Below the pieces are notes generated by a model. The model was given only the letters and a program-made list of their open reading frames with translations. It was not told where the DNA came from and ran no database searches. A program made the position numbers and the translations under genes. From Candidatus Micrarchaeota archaeon (GTDB lineage: Archaea > B1Sed10-29): a stretch of DNA of 12,170 nucleotides. The stretch is taken from the NCBI GenBank assembly GCA_964579265.1, contig CAZOFO010000007.1:22192-34361 (forward strand). The letters are read 5' to 3'. Positions 5,914 to 12,170 of the stretch are shown piece after piece; positions within the stretch are counted from its first letter, which is position 1, and every line of letters starts with the position of its first letter.

Positions 5914-7159
5914 CTTCATTTTCTTCGTGATCCTTTTTCTCATCTTCTTCGAATATTGGTTCCCCGTAAACTCCATCGTACCCTGGTTTCCATTTGACTT
6001 TTCCTTCCCTGGTTTTCTCGATGTATTCAGCTATCTTTCTATTTGTTTCTTGTTCTATTTGCTCTTTTTCAGTTCTTAGCAATACATTTAACTCGGTTCC
6101 AAATCTATTTATTAGTTTTCTATGTTTCTTCTCCACTGTTTTTGTTTTCATACCCGTGTCTATTGCCAGTGATATGATTTTTTGTAGTGGGATGAGGGAA
6201 GTGAAGGGTGTTTTTTCCTCCGGTTCTTCACCTGGTTTTCTGTCGGCGAGTTCCTCTACTCTGTGCATTACTCCCAGGGTCATGGGTTTTCCGCAGGACG
6301 GGCATATGTTGTTGAATTTCTCCATTGCTTTTCTGGGATCCATTGATATATTGCATTTTCTGTGTCCGTCCCAGTGGTATTTCCCTTCTTCCGGGTAGAA
6401 CTCTATTGTTTTTTCCAGTATTTCTCCTTTTCTTATTCCTTTTACCATTTTTTCGTAGGATGGTTCTTCCATTTTCATTATATTGGCTTCTCTACCCATT
6501 CTATAAGGATATGGAGAATGTGAATCGCTGTTGGATATTAATGTGTAGTTATCTAGGCTTGATAGTCTCCAGAACATCTCTGGATCAGCGCTTAATCCTG
6601 TTTCAAGAGCGTTTATATGTTTTTCCTGGTCTTTGTAGCATTCTTCAACTGAGTCAAATCCTGAATTGGAGCCGAATAGGGAGTAGTGTGGTGTCCAGAC
6701 GTGTGCAGGTATAATTAGATTTTTCTTTGATACTTCCATTATTTTTTCCACGGTCTCTGGAGCGGTGAGGTTAAATGTTGGTCTTCCGTCTATTGATAGA
6801 TCTGTTTGTTGTTTGAGAACATCGTTTATTTGTTCCACGGTCTCTAGGTCAGGTGATATTACTACTTGATGTATTTTCTTCATTTCTCCGTTTTCTCTGT
6901 ATTCGTTGCTTATCTCGGTGCTGGGTATGAAGTAGATTTCCTCGTTTTTATCTTGCTTGTAGTTGTAGAAACCGGTTTCTGGATCTTTTTCCAGGTTTTC
7001 TTGAAGGTGTTGGAAGTATTCGGGATGGGTGTAGTCTCCTGTACCTAGTAGGTTTATTCCTTTTTTCTTTGCTCCTTTGATTAGTCCTGGTATGTTTGAT
7101 TTTGGGCTTGTTGCTCTGGCGTATTTGGAGTGTAGGTGAAGGTCTGCTATTATCTCCAT
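5882..7159 (-). CDS. endoQ: Endonuclease Q family (PHP domain + Zn finger), C-terminal PIP box
   Basis: DLHLHSKYARATS, GTGDYTHP, PAHVWTP, ETGLSAD, NSDSHSP, GREAN, GKYHWDGHRKC...CPSC, GV..RVEELADR and PGYDGVYG. Ends QQTLKDF. No UvrD helicase fusion. Confidence 0.92.
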   Translation of the reverse strand: MEIIADLHLHSKYARATSPKSNIPGLIKGAKKKGINLLGTGDYTHPEYFQHLQENLEKDPETGFYNYKQDKNEEIYFIPSTEISNEYRENGEMKKIHQVVISPDLETVEQINDVLKQQTDLSIDGRPTFNLTAPETVEKIMEVSKKNLIIPAHVWTPHYSLFGSNSGFDSVEECYKDQEKHINALETGLSADPEMFWRLSSLDNYTLISNSDSHSPYPYRMGREANIMKMEEPSYEKMVKGIRKGEILEKTIEFYPEEGKYHWDGHRKCNISMDPRKAMEKFNNICPSCGKPMTLGVMHRVEELADRKPGEEPEEKTPFTSLIPLQKIISLAIDTGMKTKTVEKKHRKLINRFGTELNVLLRTEKEQIEQETNRKIAEYIEKTREGKVKWKPGYDGVYGEPIFEEDEKKDHEENEANQQQTLKDF

Positions 7160-7176
7160 TTTCTCCAGCTTCGGGT

Positions 7177-7944
7177 TTAATGTATGTATTCAGTTGGTGT
7201 TTCTGTTTGATCCGCTGGTTGGCTTGGTGTTTGTTGTTGTGACTGCTGTTTCATCATTTTGTTCACTGCTTTTTTCATTTCTTTTGATTTTTCATTGATC
7301 TCTTCGTATTCTATTTCTAGTTCCAGGTCTTCTTCAAGTATTTGGAGTATATTTTTAGCTGCATTTGGATCAATGAATTTTCCGTGTGTTTGTCCCATCA
7401 GGCAGATCCCTGGTATTCCTTTTCTTTTTCCGTATTCCAGTAGTAGTCCTGCTGCTCCGATTATTGGTCCTTGCCTGTTGAATTTTACTCCGTATTCTTC
7501 GTATTCTTTTTTGAGTTCTTTGTCGGTTACTGCTCCGAATACCTGTGGATCTTCGTTGAGTTGTTTTGTTCCAAGTCCTCCTAGGGTGTATATGTAGCTT
7601 GTTCCAAGTTTGTGAGCTTCTTTCACTATTGTTTGTGATAGAAGGTGCTGTGATCTGGGTGTGGTTCCCTGTTCTTCTCCTGTTAGTAGTAGGATATCTT
7701 CTCCGTCTTCTCTTTCGTGGTAGTATATTTCGTTTTTCCTTGGTTCTATTTCTGCGTCTTCGTTTATGTTTACTTGTGGAGCGAATAGATCTGATTTCAT
7801 TTCTGCGTATTTCTCTGTTTCCAGTTGTTTTTTGAGTTGGTTGACACTTAGTTTTCCTACCATGCCTATTCCTGGTAGTCCTTCTATGAGTATTGGTGAT
7901 TCTGGTTCTATTTCCTTTACCTTTTCTATCTTTATTTTTTCCAT
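7177..7944 (-). CDS. PAC2-family proteasome assembly chaperone (COG2047-like)
   Basis: IEGLPGIGMVGKL, YTLGG, IIGAAGLLL and CLMGQTHG..IDP.AA. Usual position downstream of aIF2alpha. C-terminus EYIH. Confidence 0.92.
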   Translation of the reverse strand: MEKIKIEKVKEIEPESPILIEGLPGIGMVGKLSVNQLKKQLETEKYAEMKSDLFAPQVNINEDAEIEPRKNEIYYHEREDGEDILLLTGEEQGTTPRSQHLLSQTIVKEAHKLGTSYIYTLGGLGTKQLNEDPQVFGAVTDKELKKEYEEYGVKFNRQGPIIGAAGLLLEYGKRKGIPGICLMGQTHGKFIDPNAAKNILQILEEDLELEIEYEEINEKSKEMKKAVNKMMKQQSQQQTPSQPADQTETPTEYIH

Positions 7945-7961
7945 ATTATCTGTCTCCTGTT

Positions 7962-8738
7962 TTATTTGTCTTTTCTGTGGAACTTTATTTCTCCTTGGTC
8001 TTTGATAACGTTTTTTATCTGTCTTTTTACATCTTCTAGTTTTTCTTCTGCTTCTTCGTAATCTTTAGCAGTTATTCTAATTTTGTATTTGGGTGCTGAT
8101 ACGTATTCTATTTTTATATTTTCATCTTGGTTTGATACGGGTTCAAGTGCTTCTTTTATGAGCCCTATACCGTCTTCTCTGTATGTTTGGATATCTACTT
8201 CGCTTTCTATGTTTACTTCTGGTGGTTTGATGTTTTCTTCGGAGTATTCTATGAGTTTTTCTTTCCATTCGTCGGATATATCTATTTCGTCCAGTGCTTC
8301 TTTTCCGTGTACTGCGATTTCTTCGAATGCAGTGTATGCTTCTCCGTATTCTTCTTCTAGTTTTGGCACTATATCTATTTTGGATTCTTCAGGATCTTCT
8401 TCCAGGTCTTTTGCTAGTTTTTCTACGGCTCTATTGGTTCTTTTTGCTCTTTTCCATTCGTTCATCTTTCTTTTTGTCTGTGTGTCTGTCACGTCTTTTA
8501 ATGAAAGGTTTATAGTATTTTTATCTTCATTGACTTTTGTTACTTCTGCTACTCTGGTTTCTCCTTTTGATACGTGGCTTCTTATGTTTTTTACCCAGCT
8601 CTTGGTGACGTTGCTTATGTGTATGAATCCGTCTCTTTCCTTGTATTCCACTAGGTCTGCTACTGCTCCGTAGTCCATTATCCTTTTTATTTTAACTACG
8701 ACTAGTTCGTTTTCTTCTGGCCATCCTTTTTTCTTCAT
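7962..8738 (-). CDS. eif2a: Translation initiation factor 2 subunit alpha (aIF2alpha)
   Basis: WPEENELVV, S1 domain with GFIHISNV...WVKNIR, INLSLK and C-terminal YVSAPKYKI. SD AGGTGA. Confidence 0.97.
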   Translation of the reverse strand: MKKKGWPEENELVVVKIKRIMDYGAVADLVEYKERDGFIHISNVTKSWVKNIRSHVSKGETRVAEVTKVNEDKNTINLSLKDVTDTQTKRKMNEWKRAKRTNRAVEKLAKDLEEDPEESKIDIVPKLEEEYGEAYTAFEEIAVHGKEALDEIDISDEWKEKLIEYSEENIKPPEVNIESEVDIQTYREDGIGLIKEALEPVSNQDENIKIEYVSAPKYKIRITAKDYEEAEEKLEDVKRQIKNVIKDQGEIKFHRKDK

Positions 8739-8790
8739 TTTTTCACCTAAAGGTATTTTCCTTTGTTATTTGGAGAACTGAGTTTTCTTT

Positions 8791-8979
8791 TTATTCTAGT
8801 TCTTTTTTGATTTTTGCTTTGATCTCTGCTTTTCCGCCTGTTGGTTTTGCAAGTGTTTCTCCGCAGTTTCTGCATTCTACATTGCTGGCTGGTGATCCGA
8901 ATATGTTTTGTTGTTCGCTGCATTTTTGGCATTCTACTTTTAGGAATTTTGATTTTGGTTCTTTGAAGTATTCGGGCAT
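8791..8979 (-). CDS. rps27e: 30S ribosomal protein S27e
   Basis: PKSKFLKVECQKC...Q.IF...VECRNCGETLAKPTGGKA, a C4 zinc ribbon. SD GAGGTGA. Confidence 0.97.
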   Translation of the reverse strand: MPEYFKEPKSKFLKVECQKCSEQQNIFGSPASNVECRNCGETLAKPTGGKAEIKAKIKKELE

Positions 8980-9018
8980 CTTTGTTCACCTCTTTGTTTT
9001 TTTCTTTTTTCTAGGTTT

Positions 9019-9303
9019 TTATCTTTCTATTTCTATCTTTTTTCTAGATGCGGGGTATTTTTTCTCTTGTTTGTTTCCGCATTCGCTGCATTCCAGTAGC
9101 ACTTTTCTCTTTTGACTCTGTTGTACTGAATGTGGGGTTTCTCCTACTTTTGCTGTGTATCCGCTTGTTCTTCTTCTGTGTTTTCTGTTTCCTTTTGCCA
9201 TTCCTCTGTCGTCTCTTCCTCTTTCGTGTACTTGTTGTGCTCTGTGTTCTTTGTGCTTTCTGCATTTTGGACAGTATGTTTTGATCTTTTCAGGTATCTT
9301 CAT
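9019..9303 (-). CDS. rpl44e: 50S ribosomal protein L44e (eL42)
   Basis: MKIPEKIKTYCPKCRKHKEH...LECSECG. Start ATG 9303 is chosen from SD GGTGA at 9309-9313. Overlaps the gins51 3' end by 14 nt. Confidence 0.95.
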   Translation of the reverse strand: MKIPEKIKTYCPKCRKHKEHRAQQVHERGRDDRGMAKGNRKHRRRTSGYTAKVGETPHSVQQSQKRKVLLECSECGNKQEKKYPASRKKIEIER

Positions 9304-9967
9304 TTTCATCACCTTCTATTTTTTCCGCTAATCCTTTTTCTGATAGTATTTCGGCTTGTTCTTCTGGTAGTTTTATCTTTGTGTCTGGTTGATATGGTCC
9401 TAGTTTCTTTAAGTTATCAGTTACGAATTGTGGTACTTCCTTTAGTATTTTTACCATTACTTTATTTAAGTGTTCGTCTTGGTTTTGAGTTTCTTTTTCA
9501 GTGTTTTCTGCTGCTTCAAGCTCTTCTTTTGTTTCTTCTAGGTCTTTTTCTTCTTTCATTGATTGTTTATCTTTTTCTTTCTCTTTTTCTTGTTTTTCAG
9601 AATCTTTTAGTGGTTTTTTCCCTTCTAGTGTTTGTTCTAGGTCTTTTCTTCCTTTTTGTATGGTTTTACGTAGTTTTTGGTATAATTCCTCTTCTCTTTG
9701 TGTTAGGTTGTATTTTTTCATGTCTTCATCGTTTGTTCTTAGTGCTCTTGAAACTATTTTTTTCTCTCTTCTTCTGTAGAGGTCGTTTGCTGTTCTTTTT
9801 ATGTTGTCGAGTTTTTTCTTTGCTTTTGCGCTCATTTCTTCTTGGTATTTTTCTTTTTTGTTTTTCACGAGTTTTTTTAGTTCTTCGTAGAATTCTTTTT
9901 TTAGGTTGACTAGTTCTGCTGTGTTTTTTTCTTTTCTCTGGTATTTTCTGAGTTTGTCGTAGTCCAT
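9290..9967 (-). CDS. GINS subunit Gins51 (Gins15), A domain + charged linker + B domain
   Basis: LRKYQRKEK...LVNL...FY, LYRRREKKIVSRAL and NLT.REEELY (A domain). VKILKEVPQFV......GPY (B domain). Canonical position between priS and rpl44e. Confidence 0.88.
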   Translation of the reverse strand: MDYDKLRKYQRKEKNTAELVNLKKEFYEELKKLVKNKKEKYQEEMSAKAKKKLDNIKRTANDLYRRREKKIVSRALRTNDEDMKKYNLTQREEELYQKLRKTIQKGRKDLEQTLEGKKPLKDSEKQEKEKEKDKQSMKEEKDLEETKEELEAAENTEKETQNQDEHLNKVMVKILKEVPQFVTDNLKKLGPYQPDTKIKLPEEQAEILSEKGLAEKIEGDENEDT

Positions 9968-9971
9968 TTTT

Positions 9972-11066
9972 TCACCATTTTGGTTGGGCGTGTTGTTTGC
10001 AGGTTAGGAATAGTGCTAAGTATTCTTCTGTTTTTATTTTTTCTCCTGCTTGGTATGGTCCGTGTGTTTCTCCTTTTAGATGTATTTTTGGTGTTTCTTT
10101 AGTGATTTTTATTTCTTTGGATTCTTCTCCGAATACTATTGCGTCTTTAAAGGGATTAAAGTCTTCTAGTTCTTTTTTGGTTATTCTTTTTGCGAGTAAG
10201 CTGGATCCTCCGTGTATTGTGTTTGGTAGTCGCATTAATCTGGAGGTGTCTAGGGTTACTGGGTGGTCTATCGGTGTTTTTAGCTGTATTTTTCTGTTTT
10301 CCAGTACTTTTTTCCAGAGGGTTTCTGGTCCTGGTAATGTGTCGTAGTTGCCTTTTTTTATGCCCTGTATTATTTGTTCTTTTCTTTCTATTAAATCTTT
10401 TATTTTCCTTTGGTTTATTCCGAGTTCTTTCATTTTTTCTTTGTCGCCTTTTTCAACGAATTCTAGTATTTCGCGGGCTATTTTTCCTCTCCATCCTTTT
10501 TCATTTGGTTTTGGGCCTTTTTTCTTGAACTCAGGTGTCATCAAATCGTTTGCCATTATATAGTCGACTATTTCTTTTCTTCCGTCTTCTGTTAGTTGTT
10601 GTGCTTTTTCGCTTTGGATTTTTACGTGGTATCCTTTGTTTCCGCTGAAGTTTATTTCTATGTTTTCTTCTTTGTAGCCGAAGTCCTTTACCAGGAAGTT
10701 GTCTATGAGTTTCTGGGTTTCTTTTTTAACTTCTTCTAAACATTGGTAGCAGGTGAGTGTGTCATGAGGACATTCGTGATCCAGATCAAACGCTAGGTCT
10801 CCTTTTATGTATTGTTTTTTCTTCATTGGTCTTTTTTCCGGGTATTCGTAGTATCCTGCTGAGTAAGAGATGAATCTTGGTTTTTCCGTTACTAGGTAGT
10901 TGTTCATTTCTTTTTCCGTTTCAAAGGAGAGGTGCCTGTAGTTGATTTTGTCTTTGTTTCCTATTCCGAATTCTCTTTTCTGTATTTCGGGTGGTGCTTT
11001 CACTGTTTTTTCTTCGTAGTATTCTCCGATTTTTTCTCTTATCTTTCTCATTGTTTTTTTGTTCAT
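9972..11066 (-). CDS. priS: DNA primase catalytic (small) subunit
   Basis: REFG, YSAGYY..P, DLAFDLD (catalytic DxD), Zn site CPH...CYQC, FSGNKGYHV and IDHPVTLDTSRLMRLPNTIHG. Confidence 0.97.
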   Translation of the reverse strand: MNKKTMRKIREKIGEYYEEKTVKAPPEIQKREFGIGNKDKINYRHLSFETEKEMNNYLVTEKPRFISYSAGYYEYPEKRPMKKKQYIKGDLAFDLDHECPHDTLTCYQCLEEVKKETQKLIDNFLVKDFGYKEENIEINFSGNKGYHVKIQSEKAQQLTEDGRKEIVDYIMANDLMTPEFKKKGPKPNEKGWRGKIAREILEFVEKGDKEKMKELGINQRKIKDLIERKEQIIQGIKKGNYDTLPGPETLWKKVLENRKIQLKTPIDHPVTLDTSRLMRLPNTIHGGSSLLAKRITKKELEDFNPFKDAIVFGEESKEIKITKETPKIHLKGETHGPYQAGEKIKTEEYLALFLTCKQHAQPKW

Positions 11067-12086
11067 TTAATCACTTTGGTTTGTTTTCTTTTTTTGTTTT
11101 TTGTAGTAAGCTAAGGGGTGTTTTACGTTGCAGTCCGATACACATAATCCGTAGCTTTTTATTTTGCTGCAGGCCGGGCATTTGTATTTGGTTCCTCCTC
11201 CTTTTTTCCCTGCTGCGTGTTCGAGGTGGTACCTGGTTTTTTCTTCATCGAAATCTTCTTGTCCTCTGAAGGGTTCGAGCATTTCTTCTATATCCATATT
11301 GATGTTTACCATGAATGTTGCTAGTACGAATCTTGGTTGGTGTCCCACGTCTTTTCCAGAGGATAGGTCGTCGTATATTTTTTTCATGCAGGGTGGGAAT
11401 GAATTTATTTCTGTTTTTCCGTAGTCTTTTATGGTGTCTGCGCTGTATCTTGATGATCTTTGTTTTCTGACTTCTTCAACTGCTTCTTTTATTCTTTCTG
11501 GAATTTCTCCTGGTTCTTCTTGTTTTTTTACTGTGTAGTATACGTGGCTTGCTATGAGTTCTGAGAGCTGGTTTTTGTCCAGGTATATTTCTCCGTTTTC
11601 TAGTTCTTGGTTTATTAATTTGTTTTCTTTTCCCTGTGGTTGTTTTTCTAGGTATTCTTGCATGGGTATTTTGTAGGATTTATCTTTTTCTTCATCGGTT
11701 TTTTGGATGTCTAGGGTTTCTTTTGCTATTTTTTCTATTTTTTCGGGTTTTTCCAGTTTTAGGTAGTACCTGGTTTTTTTGGCTTCGTTTGCCGCTGTTT
11801 TTTGTTTTATGTAGTGGTCATTTGTTTTTGCTGCGATGATTTTTGTTAGGGGATAGGTGACTACTTCTCTTATGAGTGTGTCTTCCCAGGCGTTTCTTAT
11901 CATTCTTAGGCGTTTTTTAGGATCGTCAGTGTTTTTTAAGGCTGATTTTACTCTTCTTTCTGCTTCTTTTATGAATTCGTCTTCTATTTCGTCTAGGTTG
12001 AAGTCTTTAAGTATTTCTTTGGCTCTTTCTGTGAATGGGTACTTGGCGCAGAATTTGAGTGTTTCTTTGTTTGGTTCTTTTTCCAT
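11067..12086 (-). CDS. priL: DNA primase large subunit with Fe-S C-terminal domain
   Basis: AKYPF, FPPCM, H.PRFVLATF, DFDEEKTRYHLEH..G, YKCPAC...GLC...C and HPLAYY. Confidence 0.96.
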   Translation of the reverse strand: MEKEPNKETLKFCAKYPFTERAKEILKDFNLDEIEDEFIKEAERRVKSALKNTDDPKKRLRMIRNAWEDTLIREVVTYPLTKIIAAKTNDHYIKQKTAANEAKKTRYYLKLEKPEKIEKIAKETLDIQKTDEEKDKSYKIPMQEYLEKQPQGKENKLINQELENGEIYLDKNQLSELIASHVYYTVKKQEEPGEIPERIKEAVEEVRKQRSSRYSADTIKDYGKTEINSFPPCMKKIYDDLSSGKDVGHQPRFVLATFMVNINMDIEEMLEPFRGQEDFDEEKTRYHLEHAAGKKGGGTKYKCPACSKIKSYGLCVSDCNVKHPLAYYKKQKKKTNQSD

Positions 12087-12106
12087 GTTTTTTTTGTTGT
12101 TTTGGG

Positions 12107-12118
12107 AGATTATAATCT
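12107..12118 (-). promoter_or_regulatory. Putative TATA box of the priL operon within the perfect palindrome AGATTATAATCT
   Basis: TTATAATC begins at 12115 on the minus strand, 29 nt before ATG 12086. No SD precedes priL. Confidence 0.5.
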
Positions 12119-12170
12119 TGGGTGTGTTTTTTCTATATTTTTTAGAAAGAGAAAGAGAAAGGATTTTGGG

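Noticed and set aside
5994..11839. Plus-strand hydrophobic ORFs (e.g. 9130-9909, 8083-8673) and alternative minus frames 8747-8989 and 9044-9265
   Set aside because: They overlap well-identified conserved genes; the apparent membrane-protein character comes from T-rich antisense sequence.
1..12170. CRISPR array, IS element, intein, tRNA intron or programmed frameshift
   Set aside because: No regularly spaced repeats, transposase motifs or intein-like insertions were seen, and the recognised genes are intact and of normal length.

Overview
Archaeal chromosomal window, mostly housekeeping. No mobile element, CRISPR array or defence system is visible. Left: the 5' 592 codons of a very acidic, Methanococcales/Thermococcales-type S-layer-like gene (minus strand, runs off the left edge, absent from the ORF track). 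It is preceded by an AT-rich ~380-nt control region with a perfect 10-bp hairpin, and further upstream by a gene for an HTH-fused conserved hypothetical protein. Middle (plus strand): a BofA-family membrane protein, a small charged hypothetical protein, tRNA-His(GUG) with encoded G-1, hisS and a family-4 uracil-DNA glycosylase. Right (minus strand): priL-priS-gins51-rpl44e-rps27e-aIF2alpha-PAC2 chaperone-endoQ, a variant of the conserved archaeal replication/translation cluster. This variant has no nop10, no PCNA inside the window, priL and priS in frame and separated by one TAA, and endoQ appended. The most interesting signal is a convergent, overlapping UDG/EndoQ pair. Both are deaminated-base repair enzymes with PIP-like motifs, and they join a tRNA-His/hisS unit to the replication operon. 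A salt-adapted, possibly DPANN-type host with a two-subunit primase is an inference only. I found no clear-cut novel system; the findings are unusual arrangements of known families.
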